A stretch of DNA of 64,000 nucleotides from positions 1 to 64,000 of the forward strand of contig JALAGF010003405.1 in the NCBI GenBank assembly GCA_030167865.1. Reading direction: 5' to 3'. Below, piece after piece: positions 45,579 to 56,709 of the stretch. This DNA comes from Craspedostauros australis. Its lineage: Eukaryota. Under the pieces are notes generated by a model that had not been told where the DNA came from, searched no databases, and saw only the letters and a list, made by a program, of their open reading frames with translations. Both the position numbers and the translations under genes were made by a program. Numbering within the stretch: position 1 is the first letter of the stretch; each line of letters starts with the position of its first letter.

Positions 45579-47273
45579 ATGTCTCCGCAAGATGAGAGCA
45601 GCCAATTGCTGGGCAAGCCTTCGGATGTGGAATCCAAGGCATCGTCAACGCCTGAATCATCATCATCATCGGCGGCTGCTTTGTTTGGGAAATCCATGTC
45701 AACACGGGCCGTTTTGGTCCTGTTCGGCGTGTCGCTGATGGCGTTGGTCGTGGGACTCGTGGTCAACGACTACGAGGAGAGACACTATGCGGAGCATGAG
45801 CAGCAAAAGAAGGCCGAGGCGCAAGCAGAAGCAGAAGCAGATGCTCAGAAGGAGGCCCAGCACAAATCGGAGGAGACGCTCCTGAAGGAGCAGAAGACCG
45901 GCCCGTACACTTTGGTGGAACGCCAGAATGGAAAGGATTTCTTCCAGTACTACGACTTCTTCGACGGCCCCGACTCGTTGGGTTCCGCCGGTTACAACGT
46001 CTACGTGGGCCAGGAGCGTGCCATGGAATTGGGCATCGCCAACATCACGCAGGAGAAGGAAACCGACGAGAGCTTCGTCTACATGTCATCCAGGGCCACG
46101 GCCGACGGCGGTCCACGCGAATCCGTGCGTCTCGAGGGCAAGCGCCGGTACAACAGCGGCTTGTTCATCCTCGATGTGCGCCACATGCCAGCCGGCTGCG
46201 GACAGTGGCCAGCATTTTGGCTGACCGATGAGAAGAATTGGCCCGACAATGGAGAGATCGATATCGTGGAGGGTGTCAACGAACAGACGGCCGCCAAGAC
46301 GGCGTTGCACACGTCGGATCGATGCGACATGTATGCCCACGTGTCACCATTCGAAAAGACGGGGTATTGGGTGAGTTGACGACATGAGAATTTGTAGCCA
46401 TACTCCTTCACGGTGGTTGGATTCTGTGCAGTGGTGTGAACGATGGCATTTGACACACACAGACGTACACACACAGACGTACACACACGCGCGCAACAGT
46501 ATGCTCACTTCGTTTGTTCCTATTTTCCTCACATTCAATGCAATCCATGCGCGCATGAACGGAATCGTTTGCCCTGCTCTGCGCCCATGTACTGCCCATG
46601 CATTGCTCCTGTTCTGTTCACATATCCACATCCACCTCCCACTTTGGCCGCCTCTTTCCAGGATTCTGCCACGGGCATTCCCAACACATGGACCGGCAAA
46701 CCGGACATGGACACCAAGGTGGAATCCGACAACTGCTGGAACATGGCGGCGCATCAATGGGCCAACCAGGGTTGTGTCATGATCAACGACAAGGACAACA
46801 CCATTGGCACACCCATGAACATCAGAGGCGGCGGGGTCTACGCCCTCGAATGGGACCCAGTCAATTTGCGCATCCGATCCTGGGTCTTCCCATTCCACGA
46901 TGAATCCGGCAAGGAGAACGACGAGCTTCCAGACAATCTGTCTGAAATCCTTGACACCGTCAACCAACCCGGCAGTGCGCCTGTCGAACCCGACACGGAT
47001 GCATGGGGTCTGCCGTACGGGTACTTCGCCGTGGGCCCCACAACCGGATGCTCCAGCGAGCACTTCCAGAACATGCGCATCGTCTTCAACCTGGCATTCT
47101 GCGGAGCCGTCAGCGGCAACCGATTCTTTGGCGACTGTCCGGCACAGGCTGAGCAATTCAACATCGACTACAATCCCATCGCCACTTGCAATGCCTACAT
47201 TGCATCGAATCCGGAGGAGCTCAGCGAGGCCTACTGGAAGGTCGGCGGTGTGTACGTCTACGAACGATCGTGA
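45579..47273 (+). CDS. Membrane-anchored GH16 endo-beta-1,3(4)-glucanase/transglycosylase; exons 45579-46370 and 46662-47273 (~467 aa)
   Basis: RESVRLE, GLFILDVRHMPAGCGQWPAFW, WPDNGEIDIVEGVN (EIDIxE), GGGVYALEW, WGLPYGYF and IVFNLAFCG. One N-terminal TM helix. Intron TGG|gtgagt...ccag|GAT. Confidence 0.92.
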
Positions 47274-47981
47274 AGCAACTGTCGCGTTAGCAGAGACGCT
47301 CAGAGAGTGCCCAATTGACGAAGAATCGAACAGAAAAGGAGTCGTGAACGAATTCAACATGGCATGTCGTTGATATGGTGCCACATCGGACAGTATTGGT
47401 ACGCATAGGTGAGACGGTGTGTCTCCCTCTCATGCACGGCTTGGCTTGAACGGTCCACTCGTACCTGCAACGTCAATTGGGAGGGGCATACTAGCATTAT
47501 ATAATATAATATAATTTAATACAATACAATATAACCATACGCGTAGGAACGAAGGGCGGCAATGGAAAGCAAATTAAATAGAGAAGCAAAGCTGGGTCAT
47601 TCTTTTCTCGTGTGCCGCTCCTGTCATGGCCGACATCCTGTTCTGTCGACGCAAGCGAATGGCTTGTATCAACAACTCGTATCCGTCTTGTTTCGATTCG
47701 ATAGTAATCACGACTTGAACATTTCACACGACTCCACATGCAACTTCGGTCACGAGTTTGCCGAACACCAACCAATCCTCCACAAGGAAACGTGAGACCA
47801 ATCACCAAACAACATTCACCACAACGCTCACTGCGTGCGAGGAGCGGTGTCGTTGATCACTGGCCAGACTGGGTGCTGAGGACAGCACCATCGACATCGT
47901 CCATTGAAGCGTCGCAATCAGAATCATCAGTAGCGACTGCGACAGAAGAGCAAGAGCAAGAACAACAAGAAGAAGAAGACC

Positions 47982-49364
47982 ATGTGGCAGGAAGCCGACG
48001 ATTTCATGGAACCAGTCCGGTTGTACCAACCGAGCAGTTCTCGGCCCCGCAAGAGCAAATCTGCCTACGATTCTCACATTGGCGGACATGCCTCCGACGA
48101 GAGCTCGCCCAAGTGTCCCAAATGCGAGGGATCGATGCACCTGCTGGTGCAGCTCAAGCTCGAAAATTTCATGAGGGAAGAGGATGACGCCATTCTGGAC
48201 CGCATCCTTTCCGTCCACATTTGTCCCAAAGCCAAATGCTTCGAGGCGCTGAAATTCGGAAATGGATTCGCAACGGTGGCCGGTGGCGATGGCAACGCCA
48301 TCCTCGTTTGCAGACGCAGCGCGGTGGTGAAGGACCTGTCCGCAATGCACCAGGGATTCTCGCAACCAACGGCGCCCACGAAGTCTGGTTGGTACGCAGA
48401 TGGCGATGGCGATGCGAAGAAGGCGAGTGGTGATGGCGATGACGCTGACGATGACGATGATTGGGGCATTGGAAGCGGCGATGATGGTGGAAATGCAGCC
48501 AGTGACGTTGATCTCGAAAAAGAAATCGCGCAAATGGAACTGAATGCCAACAGTACCGCAACTACCACTACCAAGAAGGAATCCAAGCCTTCGTCGAAGG
48601 CCGCGAACCCACCAGCTGCGGCGGAAACCAAAACGGAGCAGGGCGGTGCGTTCGACTGCTTCGGGTTGAACAAGCTCAACGAGCCACCTGCCCCACGGCA
48701 GCTGGTGGACGAAGACGATGTCGGTCTTTCCGCGAACGACGAGAAGATCCGCAACATGCTGGCGCGGTACATGGCCGAGGAGGATGACGAAGAGATTCTG
48801 TCCGCGTTGAAGGGAACGGAGATGGGTTCCGGCAAGTCGAAGGGAGGAGCCGTAAGCGGTGAACAGGACGAACGCCTCGCCGTCGAAGATAGAATACTGC
48901 TCGGATTCCAGGATCGCATGAAGCGGGCCCCACGACAGGTTGTGCGGTATGCCAAGGGCGGTGTTCCGCTTTGGTCCATTCCGAGCCAGAAGGATGGGAC
49001 AGAGAACGAATCTGTCTACAACGTCCCCAAGTGCTACTGCGGGAAAACTCGGGAGTTTGAATTCCAGCTCCTTCCGTCGCTCTTGCACGTCCTATCGGTG
49101 GACAGGCATTCGGGTGTGGAAGAGCAGGAAGAGATGAAGCTGGACAGCATGATGTCGAGCGGAGTCAACTGGGGATCCGTGGCGGTATACACCTGCCCTG
49201 ATTCTTGCGACCAAAGTTCGGAGGAAGTTGTGGTGGTGCAACAGAGCGTCGATGCCGTCCCAGTGATCGATAGCGCGGCCGCCGCTGATAGAGACCAAGC
49301 CCCTGCGGCGCTTGCGGTCGTGGAGGATTTGGATGACGATGATGAATTTGAACCTGATGCCTAA
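47982..49364 (+). CDS. PDCD2L: PDCD2-like / Tsr4 protein (PDCD2_C domain; uS5 chaperone family)
   Basis: SHIGG..P.CPKC..SMHLLVQL and FQDRMKRAPRQVVRYAKGGVPLW..VPKCYCGKTREFEFQLLPSLL..WGSVAVYTCPDSC...EEVVVVQ. Confidence 0.85.
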   Translation: MWQEADDFMEPVRLYQPSSSRPRKSKSAYDSHIGGHASDESSPKCPKCEGSMHLLVQLKLENFMREEDDAILDRILSVHICPKAKCFEALKFGNGFATVAGGDGNAILVCRRSAVVKDLSAMHQGFSQPTAPTKSGWYADGDGDAKKASGDGDDADDDDDWGIGSGDDGGNAASDVDLEKEIAQMELNANSTATTTTKKESKPSSKAANPPAAAETKTEQGGAFDCFGLNKLNEPPAPRQLVDEDDVGLSANDEKIRNMLARYMAEEDDEEILSALKGTEMGSGKSKGGAVSGEQDERLAVEDRILLGFQDRMKRAPRQVVRYAKGGVPLWSIPSQKDGTENESVYNVPKCYCGKTREFEFQLLPSLLHVLSVDRHSGVEEQEEMKLDSMMSSGVNWGSVAVYTCPDSCDQSSEEVVVVQQSVDAVPVIDSAAAADRDQAPAALAVVEDLDDDDEFEPDA

Positions 49365-49671
49365 AAGCCATTCTCTAGAGTATGCTCGCACGTGGATAAG
49401 CACGGTCAGCGATCCCTTGTTACCACGCTCATGGTCAGGTTTTATTGGTCTGTCACGCGATGACTCTCAGTCGAACATCATTGCAGAGCACAATAGACTG
49501 GATTCAACTGAAGTCCGTGGTTGTACGAGTAGAGCGGCTCTAAGGGTAGAATAGTATCACTCTATACTACATGGTACTGTACTCTGACGGGTGGCACATG
49601 ACAGCGTGTAGCATTGCATTGGGTTGCATGGTTGGACATGGCTACGTCGACGTTTGTGTGTTTGTTGGTTT

Positions 49672-51690
49672 TTAGAAATCCGCATCAAAGTTGAGGGTTT
49701 TAGCGGCGTTGGGCTGTTCATCGAGAGATGCCATGACACCGGACTTTTGGTATTCCGCCACCCGCTTTTCGAAAAAGTTGGTCTTCCCTTCCAGACTGAT
49801 CATGTCCATCCCTGCGAGCGTGATTGATAGTTCAGGTGCGAAGTACAGTTCATCGTCAGAATGGTACACATGGGTATGCGTGAGTGTGGTATGTTGTCGG
49901 GTGCACGAAGTGGGAGATGTCACGAGGGGGACATCGCGCATGGGTATCGCAGAGGCATGGATGGTATGGTGAGGTGAAATGAGGAGAATGGTCATTGTCA
50001 TTGATGCGACACCGTATGAAATCAAGAACAGTCAGTGACGCAACCAGATGGAGAGCGGCATGGAGCACTTACAGTCGAATGGATTCTTGCTGCGGTATAG
50101 CGGCCGATATCCCAGATCCTGCAGCAGGCGATCCGCCACGAATTCAATGTACTGCGACATGAGCGATTTGTTCATCCCGATGAGGCTGACGGGCAGCGCG
50201 TCGCACACGAATCCCTTCTCGACCTCGACGGCCTCGCCGATGAGGGCATGGATCTGCTCCTCGGAGAGCTTGCGCTCGAGCTTTTTGTAGAGCTGGCAGG
50301 CGAAGGAGCAGTGCAGACCTTCGTCGCGGGATATCAGCTCGTTGGAGAAGGTGAGTCCGGGCATGAGACCACGCTTCTTGAGCCAGAAGATGGCGCAGAA
50401 GGCGCCGGAGAAGAAGATGCCCTCGACGGCGGCGAAAGCCACGAGACGCTCCGCGAATGCCGCTGACGAGCCGATGTAGCGCTGGGCCCAGCTGGCCTTC
50501 TTCTCGACGGAGGGGACCTGCGTGTGTGCGGCGAAGAGGACCTCGCGGTCCTTGGGGTTGGAGATATAGGTGTCGATGAGCAGGCAGTAGGTCTCCTGGT
50601 GGATGCTCTCCATGGCCATCTGGAATCCGTAAAAGCAGCGTGCTTCCGGCACCGTGACCTCTCGACAGAAACGTTCGGCGAGGTTCTCCACGACGATGCC
50701 ATCGGCGCCCGCGAAGAAGGCGAGGACCATGGAGATGAAATGGCGCTCATTGTCGTTGAGCTTCTCCTGCCAGTCGACGAGGTCGGCGCTGAGATCAATC
50801 TCCTCGGAGGTCCAGAAGGACGCGACGTGCTGTTTGTACATGCTCCAGATGTCCGGGTATTCCAGCGGGAAGAGCGAGAAGCGGGAGCCGTGGTCATCCT
50901 CCCGACATATCGGCTCGATGAAGCCATCGGCATGGGCGAGGGAGTGTCTGGACCATTTGAACTCCTCGGCCGCGACGTCAGCGAGCGCCTCAGTCTGGTG
51001 TATCTGTTGCGTCGCCGGTGTGGACGCAGGTCGAGTTGTCCGCGATGATGTCGGTTGTTGAAGTTGGGCCTCACTGGGTGCGTAGGATGTTGCGTTTTCG
51101 GGATTTTGCGCAGTCTCCATTGTTGCGACGCTGCCACCACGTGGCGAATTAACGAGAGGTGCAGGTCTGGAGGCAGAGGATTGCGGTGATGCAGGGAGTT
51201 CGTTGTGGCTGTCCTCCTCAGCGCAAGGCGCATCCGATGCCTCCATGGCAGCAGCAGCAGCATTGATGGTTCCCGGCTTCGCTGTAGTTGATGATGACGA
51301 CGATGACGACGGTGCTGATGGCACGGTATCACCTCCACGAATCTGAATGCTGTCATGTAGCGACTGGATGGTTCCAAAGGCATGATGCTGTGCTTCGATC
51401 ATGTCTGGATGAGCTTCCGCGAGCTCGGCAATCTTCCTCCTGCCCGATGCGAGGAACGATGGTATGGATGCGGAAGCGAAGGGAGTGGCTAGATTGAGGA
51501 CCTTGGCAGTTGCTGCGGCGACCCAGAAACTGCGCCGCGGTCGCAGCAAGAGCCGCCTTTGATTTGGGGTCGCTGATAGTGGAGATACAGAAGCACAAGT
51601 AGACGCAGATGCCGATAACGTTGATGCTGTCGGTGGCGTTGCCGCTGATGTCGATGCCAGTAACGTCACCAATATAAGAGTCCCCAGCAT
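49672..51690 (-). CDS. RNR2: Ribonucleoside-diphosphate reductase small (beta) subunit with N-terminal signal peptide and long extension; exons 51690-50073 and 49811-49672 (~585 aa)
   Basis: [56 protein letters not shown] and [28 protein letters not shown]. Intron 49812-50072. Confidence 0.95.
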
Positions 51691-51844
51691 GGTGTTGCAC
51701 CCGCATTTGGTTTCGTGAAAGAGGATCATGGTGATGTGCAGTGCGTATGTGGAGTAGCCCGCAGATAGCTGGATGGGTGGGTACTCCTTGGACAATCTCC
51801 GTTGGTGCAAGAATGCGTCAGAGGATACCGAGGAGCGCTGGTTT

Positions 51845-51915
51845 ATGAGATGTAATGCAATGTGATGTAATGCAATGTGATGTATGATATGTGATGTATG
51901 ATATGTGATGATGTC
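51845..51915 (+). repeat. Degenerate pentamer repeat (ATGTG/ATGTA/ATGCA)n upstream of RNR2
   Basis: atgagatgtaatgcaatgtgatgtaatgcaatgtgatgtatgatatgtgatgtatgatatgtgatgatg read directly. Confidence 0.8.
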
Positions 51916-51978
51916 ACTGATGTCGCTGTTGGTGTTGTGCCGTTGGCTGTTATCCTCGGTATAATGTTATGCAGAGTA

Positions 51979-52176
51979 TGATGGCTGGACTTGGATGGTT
52001 GATGGGCGAAGGCTTGATGTGTGCAATGCGATGCGATGCTTTGTGGTCTGTCTGCGAATTCAAAAAATTGATGGCTGTCACACAAGCCGATTGACGTGTC
52101 CCGATGTTCACAAAGTGAGGTTTGATGGCTGTCCGAGTACGAGTATCTTGATGGCTGGACTTGGATGGTTGATGGG
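51979..52176. repeat. 28-bp perfect direct repeat (TGATGGCTGGACTTGGATGGTTGATGGG) at 51979-52006 and 52149-52176
   Basis: Two identical copies 170 bp apart. The core TGATGGCTG also recurs at about 52069 and 52123. Confidence 0.9.
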
Positions 52177-53392
52177 AGGCGAAGTTGTGTTGAGTCACAC
52201 CCCTTTCTGCACAGTCGCAAAGCAATGGTGCGTCCTGATGTGTCAGCAAGTACTGCTGGCTCTCTACTATAGTATGGAAGGTAATCGCAGGTCGGAAGTA
52301 TCCGAGTACTATACTCGTGGAGTGTATTGGAATGGCTCGTGGGGCACTCTGCTCTCTGCGCTCTCTACCAATAAAGAGCGGTGGGACTTGTTACTGTTTG
52401 TAACGTAGCAGTCTTGTTGGCGTTGGAGGCAATACGGCTACCAATCGGCAGTTGTTGGTCAATGCGAGTCTTCGTCCGTTCGTTCGAGAGAGAGAGGGAG
52501 TGCTTCTGATGGAGTAGCAATAACGCAGAGGAGACGAACACACGACACTGGATTCCATTCGTTCTCGTACGATCTCGAGGTCAAATGCAGATAGAATCGA
52601 GCAGATGCGTTGGTTGGGGGTGAGTGGAGAGCCTTCCTCTCTCTCCTCCCTGGTTGATTGGCAGATCGGGTACGTGGGGTGAGTGGTTGCGTGACAACAC
52701 TGTGATGGCCGCTCCGTCAGCTCCTCGGTCGGTCGGTCAGCCGACCAACCGTTCTCTTGGTCCATTGGCCACTCTCCCTTGATGTCTTCGTGTCCCGGTG
52801 GTGGATCGTTCGTTGGAATCGCGATTTTTCGTCTTGGTTGGAGCGGAAAGATTTGATTTGGTGGTTGTGTGCGTTCTTATTGTCGGACAGAAAGAGCCCC
52901 TTCCACTTCTCCTACCATATGGTTCGTACGAATGACAGACCAGAACAGCTGTTCCACGTCAGCAAATGGATGTTGTTGAATATCAGTTTGTCTGTAATAT
53001 TGGATGTGTGGTTTACTCGTCAGAATGCGATGGAGTCGATCAGGCGCAGACAAGGACGTGGACACTCGTCGAGATTTCTCGCGCCAATTTCTTTCGCGAT
53101 TTGTTGTGTGTTTGCGTCATTGCTCGCCACGACACACACGCACACACGCGCGTGCGACTAATCGTGATGGCATGGACTCAATTCGCGCGTTTGTTGGTTC
53201 TTGTTCCTTCTGGTCGTTCTGTTCTCGCCACGAGGATCATCGAGATCGTGCTTCTGCCAGCCCTTGGTTGTATCCATGTAATACATACTCGGAGAACACC
53301 CTGGAGGAGATCTATATCCATACAAGCATACAAGTACATACAGCGATACTCTACATACAAACACACGTACTCGTGCATTGCTCTGTGACATC

Positions 53393-54919
53393 ATGTCGGA
53401 CAACCCGAAGGCAACACCGAAGGCAACACCGAAGGCAACACCGAAGGCAGCAGCCAGCAACGGCAAGAATGAGGACGGCGGCGACGACCCGCTCAACGGC
53501 ATCGACATCGCCAAGGTTCTGGCATCGGAAGGACCCATCGTCAAGTGCGTCATGCTGTGCGCGAAGCAACCGGACACCTCTTCCGCCAACAGAAATGACG
53601 ACGACGACAACGCAGAACCAGATCCCCTGCGACCGGATTGGATCCGCGAGCTCGAGATCGACACGACGCCGTCGAAGAGCATGACGGCCAAGGTCATGGG
53701 AGGGCCCATCACGTTCCTGGGGCAGTACGAAGAGGAGGGCATCGTGCTCATCGTGCGCCAGGATCTGCAGCAGATCTTCACACAGACGGAGCTGCAGGAT
53801 CAAAAGCCGAAGGAGCTGCGCGCCATCTGTGGACAGCGCAGCATCGATGTCGCAGGTCTCATTGAGAAGGCGGACTTTGTGCAGAAGATACTGCAGCATC
53901 AGAAGGAGTGCATCCATGCCAATCCGCACAAGCTGCAGCCGCCGCTCAATCAGCACGACGTGCAGGGAGATATACTGGTGGTCAAGGTGGCCAAGACGGA
54001 TGATGATGCAGACGATGCAGATGATGATGAGCAGGAAGAAACGGAAAAGGATGGTGCCAAGCCGGCCGTCGTGCCTGCGAACGATGATTTCTTTGTCGAT
54101 TACACAAAGCAGGAGTACTTGAAATTCGCTGCGCGGACCGACGTTGTGGCGCCTCCGCAACCTCAAGAGGATGCTGATGGAGGCGACAACGAAGAAACGA
54201 CGGAACAGCAAAACGCCAGCGATGACAACAATGACGACGACGACAACGACAACGAAGATGGCGAGGAAGACAACGATGATGACGGAGACGAAACTTACGG
54301 CGCTGATGGGGATATGGAGGTCGACGAAGATGACAAGGCGACGATCCTCAACATGCTCATGGGCGAAGTCCTGCGGCACTACCGTGAAGAGAATGGCCGT
54401 GGTCCCGACACGCTGGAATTGCTCGAGATACGAGCGGCCATCGCCAATCGAATCGAGGTGGAAGTGCCAGAATTTGATGCCGAGCAAGCCGATTGGACCA
54501 AGAAGGCCAAACGCAGAAAGCGCGGGAGGGATGAAAGCGAGGCGAAGGAAGGAGGCGACAATGACGACGACGACGACGACAAAGAGGCCGCCGACGCTGC
54601 TTCCAGAAGAGTCGTCTTTTCGCCCGAGGTCAAGAAGCATGATGGTGAGCGACCGAACAGCACCTTTTCCCAGATGATGGCTGCAGCAGACAACGCCGAT
54701 AGCGACAGTGAGGAAGACGAGGATGGCGATGGTGATGGCGATAGTGACTACGAAGAAAACGGCAACAAACACAGCAATGGTGCCAAGAATGACCGCGACG
54801 ACGGCAACGCCGATGATGATGACGACGATGAGGATTGCAAACCACCAGCGAAGCGACTCAAGCTCAGTTCGGCGGAAGAGCAGGGGAACGGGGTGGAAAC
54901 GAACAACGACAATCGATGA
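53393..54919 (+). CDS. Highly acidic hypothetical protein with a SAP/HeH-like helical motif (~508 aa)
   Basis: Long ORF from MSDNPKATPKATPKATPK (12-bp repeat). LQDQKPKELRAICGQRSIDVAGLIEKADFVQKIL is SAP-like. Globular segments GGPITFLGQY and NPHKLQPPL..VQGDILVVK..DFFVDYTKQEY; D/E tracts; PPAKRLK NLS-like end. Confidence 0.8.
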   Translation: MSDNPKATPKATPKATPKAAASNGKNEDGGDDPLNGIDIAKVLASEGPIVKCVMLCAKQPDTSSANRNDDDDNAEPDPLRPDWIRELEIDTTPSKSMTAKVMGGPITFLGQYEEEGIVLIVRQDLQQIFTQTELQDQKPKELRAICGQRSIDVAGLIEKADFVQKILQHQKECIHANPHKLQPPLNQHDVQGDILVVKVAKTDDDADDADDDEQEETEKDGAKPAVVPANDDFFVDYTKQEYLKFAARTDVVAPPQPQEDADGGDNEETTEQQNASDDNNDDDDNDNEDGEEDNDDDGDETYGADGDMEVDEDDKATILNMLMGEVLRHYREENGRGPDTLELLEIRAAIANRIEVEVPEFDAEQADWTKKAKRRKRGRDESEAKEGGDNDDDDDDKEAADAASRRVVFSPEVKKHDGERPNSTFSQMMAAADNADSDSEEDEDGDGDGDSDYEENGNKHSNGAKNDRDDGNADDDDDDEDCKPPAKRLKLSSAEEQGNGVETNNDNR

Positions 54920-55459
54920 CAACCACACCATCAACTCTAATGTGACACTGTTTCTATCCACTCTTCTCCACTCCACGGTGATTTGCAGTGTGTCGTGTCT
55001 ACTCGTTAGAGTTTGTTGATTCCAACCGATCAGTGCTTGAAGATGAGAGACAAAGCCGGATCAAAGATCGCTATTGAACGGTTCGGTTCCGTCAGTCAAC
55101 AACGACCACTCTCCCAATAAATGCCACGCGACAGTGAAGCTAATAAACATTTCTCGATTTTAATGATTTAATATTCCGTACAGATAATACAATTGTGGCA
55201 TGTCCATGCATGTTCACATGCCTGAATGTGGTGGTTGCTTGTGTTCGTGAATGCAACTGGCGCCCACATGATCGCAATCATTGAGCGTGTCTCTACTGCC
55301 AGCACGCTTTCGTCCTCCTCGTCGATTGATCGCAACCATCTCTCTCGTTGCGTTGTGAGTGCGCATGTGCGTTTGGAGCACATGACTTCCAAACGAGGCG
55401 GAGAGGATTGGAATGGCGTGCGGTGGCTCCTTGTGTGTCCAGCTGGTGCTCCAATCCGT

Positions 55460-55960
55460 TTAGAATGGTGCTGGGAATTTCTGCTGGCAGTCATTGATGG
55501 CGGTACCCAAGTCACGTGGCCACGTGATGAGCTTCTCAAGGAACGTCTGGACGCTCTTCAGGAATCCGAAGCATGCCTCGAATGGCTGTGATATGGAGGC
55601 GATGTGGAGTGTCATGGCGTGGTGTGGTATCGTATAGAAGAATGGGTTGTGATCGTACGTCCAACAAAGAAGAGTCAGCGAAGATCAGAAGGAGGAGAGG
55701 GATGCAACGATGGTGAGAAGTTGAGCAGTGTTGACCAGGTAGAACACCGACGGTTTCCAATGAGAGAGGAGAGAACACAATGCACCCCCCACTTCAAAGT
55801 CCATCGATGGCAAGATCGTTGCTGTTTCCCATGCCATCCAGGCAACTGCCACACTTACCTGAAGGAGGATCCAGATACCGGCGCAGATACCGGCAATTGG
55901 CCAGGCGATGAACCAGAGGACGATGAGCCACAAGATAGCGAAGATTGGGTTTCTGGCCAT
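55460..55960 (-). CDS. Small (75 aa) hydrophobic membrane protein; exons 55960-55859 and 55585-55460
   Basis: MARNPIFAILWLIVLWFIAWPIAGICAGIWILLQ|PFEACFGFLKSVQTFLEKLITWPRDLGTAINDCQQKFPAPF*. Junctions CAG|gtaagt and acag|CCA; coding-like codon usage in both exons. Confidence 0.8.
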
Positions 55961-56709
55961 GATTGCGGTTGATGTGTTTGTGTGGTGGAAGGAGAGTGTT
56001 TACGTGGAGCTCGTTGGATGCTCGATCGTTTCAATTTGTGAGACCGCAGCACAAAGTTCAGTGATGACACCACGAAGACAAGGCGATGGATGTTGTTGCC
56101 CGCAGTTGGAGGGGTTGGATGAAAGCGTGGAACGTGTGACATCAACCACACTGCTTCGTTTCGAAAATGCTGGGCGAACAGGATTCTCCTACCACTTTTT
56201 AGCGACCCTCGCTCACTTCGCTTCTCGGCTTCGCGAGGGGTCGACGCGCGCTTGCTGCATCTGCGTCAAGAAGTCTTTTAGCTGTCTTTGCGACTTGTGT
56301 GACGACCGAACATATCTATTGTATTCAGCTTCGATTTATTTCATGCAATAGATCCGTTGATCCCCTCCATCTCCGACTTGATCGACCAACACCAACACAA
56401 TTAGTCTGGGTAATCGAAGATCGTGAATCGTGAGAAACAAGAAGAAGAAGGATCTTTTTGCGTTCTCTCCTTGTGATTTCCAAACACGAACCAAAAGAGA
56501 GAGAACACACATCCACACGAGAAGGAGACACCACAAGAGCAATGCAGACAAGGGAAGAGAGAGGAGCCTCCTATCCGAGAAAACACAACACAACACAATC
56601 CAACACAACCCAACGCCCATGACATGACATAGCATGGCATAGCCCGTGGAGCACCAGCATTGATCGTACTCACAGCAACACTCCGTAGCCAACTTGAAGA
56701 AGGGACAGG

